Virus record (IMG/VR): IMGVR_UViG_3300005337_000002
Origin: a virus
DNA length: 64,000 nt
Strand: one strand, 5' to 3'
Position 1 is the first letter of the stretch, and each line of letters opens with the position of its first letter. A model generated the notes under the pieces. It searched no databases. It worked only from the letters and a program-made list of their open reading frames with translations, and was not told where the DNA came from. Both the position numbers and the translations under genes were made by a program. Of this stretch, positions 44,885 to 54,996 are shown piece after piece.

Positions 44885-46147
44885 ATGGAGCGCACCCTGC
44901 CGAAGAAGCTCACGGAGCTGGGCCGAATCCGCATAGGAGATCGTGAACCAAACGCCCGGGGCGGGGGCACGCATCCCCATAAGCTCTCGACCTTTCGTCT
45001 GACCTCGCAAAACGGCTCCCTGCTGGGCTTTGTGGCGTCCCTCTATGGTGGCACGGTGAAACCCTGGGAGGGCGAGGGGGCGCCGGTGGATGAGCACGGC
45101 CGCGCCACGCATTTCGAGGTGTACACGGAAGCCAATAGTCTGGACGTGCTCATTCCCACGATGAGTGCGGTGGCCCTATCCTATGAGGTCTGGAGTGCGT
45201 CCGGGTGCCAGCGGCGATGCACGGGCACGGTCATTCAGGATTGCGCGACGAACCTGGATCTGATTGGCAAAGCCTGTATCTGCCCGGCGGACGATCTGGA
45301 GCGGGCGGATCAGGCCCAGCGCGGGGCAGCCTGCCTGCGGATTCTGCGCTTGAACGTGCTGCTGCCGGACGTGCCGGGCCTGGGGACATGGCGGCTGGAG
45401 ACGAAGGGGTTTTATGCCGCTGCGGAGCTGCTCGGGACGCTGGACCTGCTCACACAGGCCGGGGGCGAGCATGCCATTATCGAGAGTGTCTTGCGGCTGG
45501 AGCAGCGCACGCTCAAGCGGGCGGCACGGGGCGATCAGAAAGCGCAAACGATGAAATTCGTGGTGCCGGTGCTCTGGCCGAAATGGACGCCGCGCCAACT
45601 GCTTGCGGGCACGGCCAATATCCTGCTCATGGCCCCGCCGACGGCTGAGGAGCCCCCGCGCCTCGCGTCGCCGATCGGCGATCTCTACGGCGACCAGGCT
45701 GCGCCCGCGGCGGATCCTGGGCAGCGGCATGAACCAGCGCTCCTCGATGCGCTTGCGGCCCATCCGGGGGAGACGCTGGAGACGTGGTATGGCTGGGCGG
45801 AGAAGCGCCTGCACAAAGCGCGTACGGCCTTTACGGACGACGACTACGGCATGCTGCTGCAAACGATCCGCGATACGGTCCGCAAAGCCAGGGCGACGGG
45901 CGAGACGTCTGATCCAGACTGGCGCATGAGTGTCACCCGCTTGGCTGCAGAGACGCGGGCGTTGCTCACGGGGAAGAATCCGTCCCAAGCCATGGAGCGG
46001 AAGGTGCGGGCCGCCTGTGCCACGGCCACGGGGGTGGCAGAAGATCCCGACGCAACGGTCGCTGTGGGCGAGGCGTGTCTGGAGACGCTACGCACCGTGG
46101 CCGATGAGGTGCGGGCGCATTTGGCCCACGGTGGCGCAGTGGTCTAG
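44885..46147 (+). CDS. phage recombination-directionality-factor-like (Gp3-like) protein
   Basis: ELGRIRIG...P.KL.TFRLTS...YGG....W; RL.V.LP..PGLG.WRLET.G..AA.EL. Confidence 0.7.
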   Translation: MERTLPKKLTELGRIRIGDREPNARGGGTHPHKLSTFRLTSQNGSLLGFVASLYGGTVKPWEGEGAPVDEHGRATHFEVYTEANSLDVLIPTMSAVALSYEVWSASGCQRRCTGTVIQDCATNLDLIGKACICPADDLERADQAQRGAACLRILRLNVLLPDVPGLGTWRLETKGFYAAAELLGTLDLLTQAGGEHAIIESVLRLEQRTLKRAARGDQKAQTMKFVVPVLWPKWTPRQLLAGTANILLMAPPTAEEPPRLASPIGDLYGDQAAPAADPGQRHEPALLDALAAHPGETLETWYGWAEKRLHKARTAFTDDDYGMLLQTIRDTVRKARATGETSDPDWRMSVTRLAAETRALLTGKNPSQAMERKVRAACATATGVAEDPDATVAVGEACLETLRTVADEVRAHLAHGGAVV

Positions 46148-46159
46148 CCAGGAGGTATT

Positions 46160-46720
46160 GTGATGCTCACGCCCGAAGAACATACGGCCCTCTTGCGGCG
46201 CTTTGAAGTAGATCGCTTGCTCAAGCTCATGACCCTCGAAGCCAAGCGCTCCCATGACGGCCACTATACGATTTTCGCCTTTACGACGGGCTATAAGGTC
46301 GCCTTTGGTACGCCGAGCCTCTACCCCGTGCAGGCCAGCGCTGATTACCAACTCCGGGCTATGCCGAGCTTTCCGACCCTCAAAGAGGCGATGATTGCGG
46401 CCTTGGTCACGGGGAAAGACTTTGAAGCCTATTTCACGGGGGATGGTGAGGCGGCGTTTGCTGCGGAGATGTCCCAGCAGGCAGCCTGCGGCGGGCCCCC
46501 CTGTTCTGCGTGGCGTGATGGGACGATCATGTTTTTTTGTGAACTCTGTGGCGGGAGTGTGGATGTCGACGCGCTCCCGGAGGGGTGGGATGGGATGACG
46601 TCTCCCTCTGTCTGCGCGACGTGCCTGCCCGTGCTTGCCTTGCCGCTCACAGATGCGCAGCGGCGCCAGGTCGTCGGCGTTTTATGGAATGCGATCGCGC
46701 GTGAGCAGGCAGGAGCGTAG
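46160..46720 (+). CDS. hypothetical protein
   Basis: DGHYTIFAFTTGYKVAFGTP motif; GGAGG RBS. Confidence 0.6.
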   Translation: MMLTPEEHTALLRRFEVDRLLKLMTLEAKRSHDGHYTIFAFTTGYKVAFGTPSLYPVQASADYQLRAMPSFPTLKEAMIAALVTGKDFEAYFTGDGEAAFAAEMSQQAACGGPPCSAWRDGTIMFFCELCGGSVDVDALPEGWDGMTSPSVCATCLPVLALPLTDAQRRQVVGVLWNAIAREQAGA

Positions 46721-46724
46721 GCCC

Positions 46725-47021
46725 ATGCCTCTCCCGAACGATCCGCGTGAGACAGCCCGTCAGTTGCGCACGGCGCGGCAGGATGTGCGCGCCCTGACGC
46801 AGGCCGTCAGCCTCGCCCTCGCCCGGCTGGACCATCTCATCGCCCTGCCGCCCGCGTCCGCGCGCGGTCCGCAGCTGGCGCAGGTGGTCAATGCGCTCGA
46901 TCTTGCGAACGATGCCGCCCTGCACTTCGGGCTGGGGCAGAGTTTTCCGACCATTGCGCGGGAGAAGGCGCGGGTGGAGCGCCTCGTGTCGGGTGCAGGG
47001 GTCGTGCGGGAGTCTGCATGA
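46725..47021 (+). CDS. hypothetical protein
   Basis: AGGAG RBS; coupled. Confidence 0.5.
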   Translation: MPLPNDPRETARQLRTARQDVRALTQAVSLALARLDHLIALPPASARGPQLAQVVNALDLANDAALHFGLGQSFPTIAREKARVERLVSGAGVVRESA

Positions 47022-47218
47022 GTGTGTGGGTGCTCGTGAGCGTTGGCTGTCTCGGAGTCCTTGTGGCGACGACGATGTGTCTCCTGCTCGGGATCTGGAC
47101 CACCCTGGGGGAGCTTGTGGCGGCGGTGGAGGACCATACACGGATGATTGAAGAACGGGAATGGATGACGCATGCGCAGAGTCCTGCTCCTCCTGCTCCT
47201 CCTGCTCCTCCTGAGTAG
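47018..47218 (+). CDS. small membrane protein
   Basis: N-terminal TM. Confidence 0.4.
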   Translation: MSVWVLVSVGCLGVLVATTMCLLLGIWTTLGELVAAVEDHTRMIEEREWMTHAQSPAPPAPPAPPE

Positions 47219-48224
47219 TCAGCTGGTGTCTGCCGCCTCCCTCACGATTGGCCCTGGGGACGCGCTCAGTGCCGCCGTGGCGCAGTTGCATCCGGGCGAG
47301 ACGCTGACCCTGCTGGGCGGGACGTATACCCAGCCGCTGCGCTCGGGCGACGTGGTCTTCCCCAGCGGCACGTCCTGGCAGGCGCCGATTACCATTCAGG
47401 GGGCGCCCGGTGCCACCGTGGTCCTGACGCAGCCCGTCAATATCCAGGCCAATAGCGACGGGTCCTCGGTCCGCTATCTCATCCTCGCCAACCTGCACAT
47501 GCCGACCTTTCGTGTGGGCGATCAGACGAGCTTCTTGCGGGTGCAGGACAGCGACATGACGGGGGATGCCAACCACGGCATCACGATTACCTCCACGACC
47601 GATCATATCGAGATTCTCCGCACCCTCGTGCATGATGCGCAGGTGGGGAGCAATCCCGCCTATAGCGTCACGACGGCCACCTATGGCTGCTACTGTAACG
47701 GGCAGCATATGCTGATCGAGGGCAACACGTTTCGCCAGAACAGCGGGTATGCGCTCCACCTCTATTTGAGTGGCAGCACGGTCAATAATGCCATCGTGCG
47801 GCGCAACACGTTTGTGGGGAACGCCGCGGATGATGGCACCCGCAACCTCACGCTGGGGGTGGTCATTCTGGCCGGGAGCAACAATCTGTTCTGCGGCAAT
47901 ACGCTGACGGACAACCCCACGCTGCATGGCGGGCCGGCGGTCTCGGCGGAGTATGGCAGCGGCAACGTGATCGTCGGCAATACCATCAGTGGGACGAATG
48001 GCCCGGCGATTGAACTGAACGACTCGGCGGTGGGGACGGTGGTGGCGGGCAATCAGCTCACCAATAATCAGGGCGGGATCGTGGGGCCGGGGATGACGAC
48101 GATGGTGACGACGACGACGGTGGACTGTGCGGCGCCGCTCGCGGCGCCCTCGCCCGTGCCGGTGGCGCAGAAGCCGCCTGCGCCCACGCACTTGCGGGTG
48201 CTAGCGATTCTCCCCTCACACTAG
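47172..48224 (+). CDS. secreted right-handed beta-helix protein
   Basis: Signal peptide, PGETLTLLGGTY, N-rich repeats; paralog of 55844-57727. Confidence 0.8.
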   Translation: MRRVLLLLLLLLLLSSQLVSAASLTIGPGDALSAAVAQLHPGETLTLLGGTYTQPLRSGDVVFPSGTSWQAPITIQGAPGATVVLTQPVNIQANSDGSSVRYLILANLHMPTFRVGDQTSFLRVQDSDMTGDANHGITITSTTDHIEILRTLVHDAQVGSNPAYSVTTATYGCYCNGQHMLIEGNTFRQNSGYALHLYLSGSTVNNAIVRRNTFVGNAADDGTRNLTLGVVILAGSNNLFCGNTLTDNPTLHGGPAVSAEYGSGNVIVGNTISGTNGPAIELNDSAVGTVVAGNQLTNNQGGIVGPGMTTMVTTTTVDCAAPLAAPSPVPVAQKPPAPTHLRVLAILPSH

Positions 48225-48355
48225 AAGGAAGATAGGTATGGGTGACATCATCGAAAGCGCGCGGCATGCCATTGCTCTGTTAGGGATGCTTATCATGCTC
48301 TGTTGGGTGATCATCGTCCTATGTGACCACCCTAAGTGAGTGAGGAGGTATATCG

Positions 48356-49405
48356 ATGAGTCAGCGCATGATTGATCAGATTTTTCGCGAGGGGTATGTG
48401 ATGGAAGTGCGCCCGGGGACGCTCCGGCACTACCGGGTGGGGGAGCCGCTGGCGGAGGGCGGGGTCCTCCCCTTCACGCATGCGCAACCCTTTATCGTGG
48501 ACAATGTGACGGCCTATATGTACGCTGGCACCAGTCAAAATGTCTGGTTCAGCACCGACTTTCCGAACTGTGCGCCGCCCGCCCCGGTGTTCTGGATGGA
48601 GACGCGCCAGCCGCCCGCCATCCGCACCGAGACCGCGGTCCTGCCCTGGCCCGGGCAGTATGCCTGGGGCGCCCTGTTCCAAAGCGTCGACGTGACGCAG
48701 CGGCCGGACGTGCTTGCCGTGGCCGCCCGCGCCTTTCACGGCGCCGCGCAGGACCGCTTTGCGGAGGCGCGCTGGGCGTATCAGTGCTTTCCGTTTGTCC
48801 TGCTCGACCGGGCCGCCCCCGTCTTCGGCCCGGTGATGGTTGGGATGTGTCTGGTCGATGCGCATGGCGCCCTCCTGCCGCATTGGATTCCCGCGGCCTG
48901 TGGTCAATCCGTCTGTACCTGCCCGCGGACGCACCGCACGCATAGCGCGGTGGAGGCATGGTGGACCGTCCATCTCGACGCGTGGCCCAGCGCGCACCTG
49001 CGCGAGCGCCGCGAGGTCTGCCGTCCGCTCCTCTTCCCGTTCTGGCTCGCCCTCTCGTTCCTGCACTGTAAGAATGTGACCGCGACCGCGACGGATCCCT
49101 GTCATCCTCGCGGCAAGCGCCGTCCGCAGGATCCCTGTCGTCGGGTGCACTATAAGGTCCTCGACATTCACCCCATGCAGCGGCTCCTCCAGCGGGAGCG
49201 CACCGCGCACCAGGGGGACTTGCGGCAGGCGCTCCATATCATGCGCGGCCATTTTAAGAATTATCAGGACGGCAGTGGGCTCTTTGGCAAGCATCACGGC
49301 CTGTACTGGTGGGACCAACGGCTGCGCGGGTCCTCGGACCACGGGATTGTGGTCAAAGACTATGCGATCCACGCGCCTGCGTCGCAGGGCCAGGCCGATG
49401 GATGA
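48356..49405 (+). CDS. conserved phage hypothetical protein
   Basis: HIMRGHFK.Y...GLFGK..GLYWW....G....G.V.KDY. Confidence 0.65.
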   Translation: MSQRMIDQIFREGYVMEVRPGTLRHYRVGEPLAEGGVLPFTHAQPFIVDNVTAYMYAGTSQNVWFSTDFPNCAPPAPVFWMETRQPPAIRTETAVLPWPGQYAWGALFQSVDVTQRPDVLAVAARAFHGAAQDRFAEARWAYQCFPFVLLDRAAPVFGPVMVGMCLVDAHGALLPHWIPAACGQSVCTCPRTHRTHSAVEAWWTVHLDAWPSAHLRERREVCRPLLFPFWLALSFLHCKNVTATATDPCHPRGKRRPQDPCRRVHYKVLDIHPMQRLLQRERTAHQGDLRQALHIMRGHFKNYQDGSGLFGKHHGLYWWDQRLRGSSDHGIVVKDYAIHAPASQGQADG

Positions 49406-49722
49406 AAGGCGCGCTATGCCGCAGGCCGACGTGTGTTGGCACTGTCACGCCCCCGCGACCCGCTGGTGTGATTATACGATTGCCTGGACGATTGTGGGCT
49501 ATACGAAGCACCGCACGCCCTATACGAGTCGCACTGTCGACCATCCTACGTGTGACCGCCCCCTCTGCCCGGTCCGCGCCCGTGCCGCTCCTCGATCCCG
49601 AGGGGATTGCGCGTCTGCGTGCCCGCCTTGCTGCGGAACGCCCCCCCCATCGCTTACGTCTCCTGCCTGGGGGACGGGGCGGGTAGTGTCATTCTCTTTC
49701 CTCTTATTCTGGAGAGTATCGC

Positions 49723-50895
49723 ATGTTTCCGACCCTGCTCAATCGACTCCGCAACCGGCATCGCTACCATACCCATCCGGAGGCTATCATTCTGGCCTGC
49801 TTCTTTAATCCGCAACACTCGCCCTATCGGCTGCTGGCCTTTCACCACTGGTATCGCAGCATCAAACATTTGCCGCATCAGATTCTGGAATGCACGATTG
49901 GGGAAGATACAACCCGCCAACTGCCTCCTAGCCCCTCCATTGCGCATGTCCATGTCCAGCAACTCCTGTGGCATAAAGAGACCTTACTCAACAAACTCAT
50001 CGAGACATTACCTGCGCAGTATCGCTATGTCTTTTGGGTGGATACCGATGTGCTGTTCACGAATCCGCAGTGGCTGACGCAGAGTGTGGCGCAGTTGCAA
50101 GCCGAGGCGACGATTGTACAGCCCTTTGAGTTTGCGATTCATCTTCGCCGCCATCAGCTGCAGCCAGATTTTCCCGTCGAGCATTGGCCCGCAGGTACCG
50201 CCACCCCTCTGCGCCATCCTCGGGTCTGGCGCAGCTTTGCGGCCACCTATGCCCAGCATGCTGCCCTGGCTGCGGACGCCAATTATGACCGCCATGGCCA
50301 TGTCGGCTTTGCCTGGGGCATACGGCGTGCACTTCTTGATGCGCACCTGCTCTATGACAAAGCGCTGATTGGTGGCGCCGATCATATTATAGCGCATGCG
50401 GCTGCCGGGCATATTCCCCATCCCTGTATTGATGCGGCATTCCCGCACCAACTGCCTGACATCCTCCAATGGTCGTCCGCATTTTATGCGTCGGTCCGCG
50501 GCCACATCGCCTACGCTCCTGGTGATCTCTATCATCTGTGGCACGGGGCATTGTCCAAGCGGCAATACTTCTCCCGGATCCACGCCTTTGATCATGCCCA
50601 CCGCGATGTCTTCCGTGACACAGAGGGGTTCTGGGTCGATCCAGCGGATACCCCCTACGTCGAGGACTATTTTGAGGAACGTGAGGCCGAGGGCGTGGCG
50701 GATTATCAAGGCTATGATGCCTCATTTGAGGAGGATATGGGCTCTCCTCTCGATGCCCTCTGCCCGGCCTTGCCCCTCGATACCACCGACAGTGTGATTG
50801 ACCAGACGCCCGGGGTCTGGGATGGCCCGCCCGACCCCAGGCCTTCTCATGACGATGCGCCCTATGACGTAACGATGGGCAGCACCTTTTCCTGA
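49723..50895 (+). CDS. GT-A-fold glycosyltransferase-like protein
   Basis: WHKE.LLN, WVDTDVLF (DxD), GFAW, GGAD, HLWHG; acidic tail. Confidence 0.65.
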   Translation: MFPTLLNRLRNRHRYHTHPEAIILACFFNPQHSPYRLLAFHHWYRSIKHLPHQILECTIGEDTTRQLPPSPSIAHVHVQQLLWHKETLLNKLIETLPAQYRYVFWVDTDVLFTNPQWLTQSVAQLQAEATIVQPFEFAIHLRRHQLQPDFPVEHWPAGTATPLRHPRVWRSFAATYAQHAALAADANYDRHGHVGFAWGIRRALLDAHLLYDKALIGGADHIIAHAAAGHIPHPCIDAAFPHQLPDILQWSSAFYASVRGHIAYAPGDLYHLWHGALSKRQYFSRIHAFDHAHRDVFRDTEGFWVDPADTPYVEDYFEEREAEGVADYQGYDASFEEDMGSPLDALCPALPLDTTDSVIDQTPGVWDGPPDPRPSHDDAPYDVTMGSTFS

Positions 50896-50925
50896 TCGTC
50901 TCCCGTGCGCATGCGTGCCACGTTG

Positions 50926-52125
50926 CTAGTCTGTGTGCAACGCCCGCTGCATGCGCTCAGCTATCCTCTCGCTGTTGGCGGGATGGAGGAGCCGCTGCAT
51001 CACCAACTGGGCCTCGATGGCACGTATGACGTGCGCGTGGTCCTGGGGCATAGGCGGCGGCGCTGTGTCACTGGACACGGTCGCGACAAGGCCTGCAGGC
51101 GGATCACTCACGGGGGTCAGCACAAACCCATGCCGCACCCCCTGGACCAGCCCCTCCCCCGCGATGAGCCCCTGGGCATTGCGACTGAGCACCCGCTGGA
51201 GTTGCCAGCCGTCCGCATTGGTCACGCGGGCCTGGAGTGCGATGGGCTGGTCCTGCGCATCCCAGAGCGTGGCGACACGGACCGTGAGTCCCGGCTCCTC
51301 CCCCTCGGTCACACTGGCCCCGAGCACGTTGCCGTCGTCATCGAGCCCGTCGCCCTCGCTCGTCTCCAAGCCCTCCAGCGGCGTCAGGACGTGCTTGCCA
51401 TCGCTGCGATAGATCGCGGCCTGGCTGACGGGGGCATGGTCCTGCACGACAATCTCCCCAGCCCGGTTATTGATGCCCCGCGCCTCACTCCCCGCGACGA
51501 GGTCAAAGATCGCGCCCGCGAAACTCCAGAAGGCGGCATGGAGCACCCCGGCCTCATCCGTCGCCGCACCCGCACTATAGCCCGCGTCATTGATGGCGGT
51601 GAGAAACGCGGATTGCTGGTCGGCCAGCAGGCGTAAGGTGCGGGGCTGTCCGTCTTCCCAGAGCGTCGGTTCCAGGTGACTGCGGTCTGGCACTTCGGCA
51701 TAGCCCGCCACGACGAGGCTCAGGTTACAACTGGTCGCCGCGCTAAAGAGATCGGGATCGCCGAGAGTGCCCTCATCGATCAAGCCGCCCGGGCCGGTGA
51801 ACGTACAGGCATGAGTGAAGAGCGAGAACGGCCCAGTGCCGCACAGACCCACCGTGGCGCCGTTACAGATGGCGGCGGCGATGGAGAACGTGCCACCGGG
51901 GAGGAAGCCCAGGGGCACGGGGACGGGGAAGAGGAGCGCGGCGATCTGGTTGGGGCCAAGGAGGGTGCCCGCCACGAGGGGCTGCAGCGGATCGACCCCG
52001 GCGACGAGCACCTCGCCCAGGTCGGTGAGGGTATACGCATCGGCGAGCGGGGCCGCTGGGGTGCGGGACGGGAAGAGCAGGACGAGGAGCAGGAGGGTCA
52101 CAACAGTGCTGATGGCACGAGGCAT
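50926..52125 (-). CDS. secreted HAF-repeat protein
   Basis: Signal peptide, YTLTDLG, S.A..IN..G..G repeats, HGFVLTP. Confidence 0.75.
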   Translation of the reverse strand: MPRAISTVVTLLLLVLLFPSRTPAAPLADAYTLTDLGEVLVAGVDPLQPLVAGTLLGPNQIAALLFPVPVPLGFLPGGTFSIAAAICNGATVGLCGTGPFSLFTHACTFTGPGGLIDEGTLGDPDLFSAATSCNLSLVVAGYAEVPDRSHLEPTLWEDGQPRTLRLLADQQSAFLTAINDAGYSAGAATDEAGVLHAAFWSFAGAIFDLVAGSEARGINNRAGEIVVQDHAPVSQAAIYRSDGKHVLTPLEGLETSEGDGLDDDGNVLGASVTEGEEPGLTVRVATLWDAQDQPIALQARVTNADGWQLQRVLSRNAQGLIAGEGLVQGVRHGFVLTPVSDPPAGLVATVSSDTAPPPMPQDHAHVIRAIEAQLVMQRLLHPANSERIAERMQRALHTD

Positions 52126-52219
52126 AGGGGTCTCCTAGAGTAAGAAGTACTAGCGAACGAATTTGGTACCGAGTTTAGCATGATTTGCCATTGAGCGTTG
52201 TGTGAGATGTATCACAGGC

Positions 52220-52365
52220 TTGCGCGAGGAGAAGCGCTCTGCTATGCTGCCCCTGTCGTCGCGATCACGACGCGCGGACCTGGGCAGCAAACGGCGTTAA
52301 CCCGTGCGAGACTTCCCATCTCGCGGCTGCCCAGACCCCACCTGGGAACCCTCTGGGGAAAGGGC
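52220..52365 (+). promoter_or_regulatory. promoter plus C4-antisense-like structured leader of the BRO gene
   Basis: TTGCGC-N17-TATGCT (extended -10); stems CTGGGCAGC/GCTGCCCAG and GCGAGA/TCTCGC, with loop TTCCCA complementary to downstream TGGGAA. Confidence 0.5.
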
Positions 52366-52369
52366 TGTC

Positions 52370-53032
52370 ATGCCAGATTTTCTTCCATTTCAGTTCAACG
52401 GTTTTGATATTGTAACCATCCGTGATGATCAGGGAGAGCCCTGGTGGAAAGCAATTGATGTGTGCGAAGCACTTGGGATTACGTCCGGCGCAGATATGGA
52501 ATGTATGACCGTTTACGATCTTCTCGCGATTGCGTCTGATTTAGACGATGATAAGCAGGCGATCCGTTTTCTCATAGCGCTTTCAAAATTTATGGCCTTT
52601 CTCCGTAGGGATACGAGAACATTTTGGCAACTCTATGCGTGTGCCATAGGAAATATTATTTGGAATAGACAACATTGCGACGTAGAAAAAGACGAGTTTC
52701 ATTGGCATGGACTTTTCAAGGATCATATAGCAACACTTATTCCTGGCGGGGTTATTGTCAAGCATCCCTATGTCAAAGGAGGTGGGCATCCTGATTGCTT
52801 CGTTCAGATAGAGAACGCCATATGTCCTGTTGAAATTAAACGCAATGTCTTTGACAATGCTGCGAAGAAACAACTTCAGAACTATATTGCCAACTATAAA
52901 GCCATTCGAGGCTTTGCTGTTGCGCAATCCTGCAAAGCTGTTCTCGATCCTAATATGCGCTTTGTCTCTATGGCATCCTTTGCCAATCCTCATCCTGTCC
53001 CGCCAGGTGCATCTTGTCTCCCCCAGAGATGA
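52370..53032 (+). CDS. BRO-N fragment fused to a PD-(D/E)xK nuclease
   Basis: GEPWW.A.DVC.ALG; HPD.F......PVEIK..F...A.KQL..Y; lower GC. Confidence 0.7.
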   Translation: MPDFLPFQFNGFDIVTIRDDQGEPWWKAIDVCEALGITSGADMECMTVYDLLAIASDLDDDKQAIRFLIALSKFMAFLRRDTRTFWQLYACAIGNIIWNRQHCDVEKDEFHWHGLFKDHIATLIPGGVIVKHPYVKGGGHPDCFVQIENAICPVEIKRNVFDNAAKKQLQNYIANYKAIRGFAVAQSCKAVLDPNMRFVSMASFANPHPVPPGASCLPQR

Positions 53033-53036
53033 TTCA

Positions 53037-53561
53037 TCATACACTGACCCCATGTTGCCGAAACAACGTCCGTGCCCGCGTGAACGCCCCCACGAGCTGC
53101 GCCGCCGCCTCATGCGTCCCCCCCAGGTCCGGGTGCACCTGCCGCAGATGCGCGTGATAGATCGTGCGCATGTCCATCGCGAGCGCCTCTAGCACCTCCC
53201 GCGACTGCTCCCAGAAGCCCGTCGTGCGCCGGGGCGACCCGTGGCGGCGTGTCGGCGCATCGAGGCCATTGCGGTCCGCATAGACGCGCGCACGGGGCAG
53301 CCCGATCAGGAGGAGCGCATGGTGGATCCGCAGGGGGAGGTGCGGGACGTCGCTGGGGGCGTAGATCTTCGGGATCAGCGCGGTCGGCGGGGACGCAGTA
53401 TCCTGGACGGGCACCGGGGGCGGCGGCGCATACTGGACGAGCGCGAGATAGGTGGCGAGCGGGATGAACCCGGGCATCGCGGGGGGCGCGAGACAGGCCA
53501 GCGGCTTGCCGGGCGAGCCGCGTTTGCGGTGGGGCGGGGGGGGATTGGGCGCGCGGGGCAT
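53037..53561 (-). CDS. protein with C-terminal J-like (HPD) domain
   Basis: Y...L...HPDLGG.......L..AF. Confidence 0.55.
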   Translation of the reverse strand: MPRAPNPPPPHRKRGSPGKPLACLAPPAMPGFIPLATYLALVQYAPPPPVPVQDTASPPTALIPKIYAPSDVPHLPLRIHHALLLIGLPRARVYADRNGLDAPTRRHGSPRRTTGFWEQSREVLEALAMDMRTIYHAHLRQVHPDLGGTHEAAAQLVGAFTRARTLFRQHGVSV

Positions 53562-53657
53562 GGGATGTTCCTTCTCAGATGAGGCAGCGAGGATGATGCG
53601 AAGGATTCTCTACAACCATAGCATACCCCTCGTGCGTGGGCACGCCGCGCGGATGGC

Positions 53658-54446
53658 CTATTTCCGCAGGAGGATTGAGACCATGAGTCCGCCTATGCCT
53701 ATTATAGAAGCTACTATAAGTCCTATAATCGTAACCGTGTAACTGCTGGAGGCTTGTTCACTCGTCTTGACGACTTGCTGCGTCTGTTGCGCGGCGGTGA
53801 GGCCCACCGTGCGGCCTTCGATGAGGAGCACCCGGCCTTTGAGATCGCCGACCTGTTCGCCCATCCCGCCAATGGCTGTCTGAAACAACGTGGTGAGCTG
53901 GTCGATGCTCTTCATGGTCGCCGCTTCACTTTTCGCAATCGCCAGGGCCGACGAGCGGTTTTGCTCCTGAAACGCCTCTTTGGCCGCCGCGAGCGCCGCA
54001 TTGATGGCTTTCTCTGAGCCCTGGGCAATTTGCTCGGTGCGGGTATCGCGTTCCACAAACTGCGTGTCAATCGTGCTAAAGCGCTGATGCACCGTCGCGA
54101 GGGCAGCCTGGAGATTTTTGTCGAGGGCCTCGCTCATCTGGTGCACCCGGATATCGCGTTCCTGAAATTGGATCGCAATGCTACTAAAGCGCTCCTCGAC
54201 GGTGCTAAACATCTTGTCGACCACTTCCCGCACATGACTAATCTGCTTGTCAACCTCCGTGGGCACGCGTGTCAAGTTGGTCTCAAATAAGTTCTGGGCT
54301 TTGTCCATAGCGACGAGCCGCACCGTAATACTATCAAAGCGCTCATCAAAGATGGCTTTGAGCGCCGCCACTTCCCGCAGCATAAGCTGGGTCGTTAGTA
54401 GCGACGGATCCGCAGGGTGCGAGAGGTGGATCGTGTCGTCAGCCAT
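53658..54446 (-). CDS. coiled-coil protein with C-terminal TM
   Basis: Repeated F.ERD.R heptads and terminal TM; lysis-region position. Confidence 0.65.
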   Translation of the reverse strand: MADDTIHLSHPADPSLLTTQLMLREVAALKAIFDERFDSITVRLVAMDKAQNLFETNLTRVPTEVDKQISHVREVVDKMFSTVEERFSSIAIQFQERDIRVHQMSEALDKNLQAALATVHQRFSTIDTQFVERDTRTEQIAQGSEKAINAALAAAKEAFQEQNRSSALAIAKSEAATMKSIDQLTTLFQTAIGGMGEQVGDLKGRVLLIEGRTVGLTAAQQTQQVVKTSEQASSSYTVTIIGLIVASIIGIGGLMVSILLRK

Positions 54447-54455
54447 AACATCGCC

Positions 54456-54614
54456 TTAGAGACGCCCGGTGAGCAAGAGGACCACGAGGATTATCAGTAC
54501 GATGCCCACAATCCCTGGCATGCCCCATCCCGTGCCGTGCCAACTCCCCCAGGGGGCCGTTGGGACACCTGCAAAGAGGACGATGACTAATATAACTATT
54601 AGTAGTAACCACAT
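54456..54614 (-). CDS. DUF3309-like small membrane protein
   Basis: LL..IL...L..G.P.......WG.PG..G.VL.IL.VL.L.GR. Confidence 0.7.
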   Translation of the reverse strand: MWLLLIVILVIVLFAGVPTAPWGSWHGTGWGMPGIVGIVLIILVVLLLTGRL

Positions 54615-54625
54615 AGACACGTCTC

Positions 54626-54850
54626 CTAGAGTGACGTATGCGTGGGTGGTGCGGATGCCGGCGTCTCCGGCCAGGCCGCATGCCCCGCATTCGCTGCAGC
54701 GACCGCCCCGCCGAGGAGTGCCGTGAGCCACGTCGCGGTGGCAAGCTTGGTCGTCGTGCCGGAGAGCTGCACCAGCGAGGTTGTCAGCATCCCGGCACAC
54801 GCCACGATAAACGCCCGCAGACAGATGAGCCAAAAATGGACATCCGGCAT
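54626..54850 (-). CDS. holin-like small membrane protein
   Basis: Two TMs; GGAGG RBS. Confidence 0.45.
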   Translation of the reverse strand: MPDVHFWLICLRAFIVACAGMLTTSLVQLSGTTTKLATATWLTALLGGAVAAANAGHAAWPETPASAPPTHTSL

Positions 54851-54852
54851 CG

Positions 54853-54996
54853 TTACCTCCCGAGCGGGATCGCCCGCAGCAGTTCGATGAGGACAAGGCA
54901 GAGCACGCAGAGCCAGATGGCCATGCCCCGGAGGATGTGGATAATGAGAAACGCGAGGGCCAGGACCGCGAGGACGAGAAACACGGTTAGGGGCAT
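54853..54996 (-). CDS. small two-TM protein
   Basis: Hydrophobic, 47 aa; GGAGG RBS. Confidence 0.5.
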   Translation of the reverse strand: MPLTVFLVLAVLALAFLIIHILRGMAIWLCVLCLVLIELLRAIPLGR

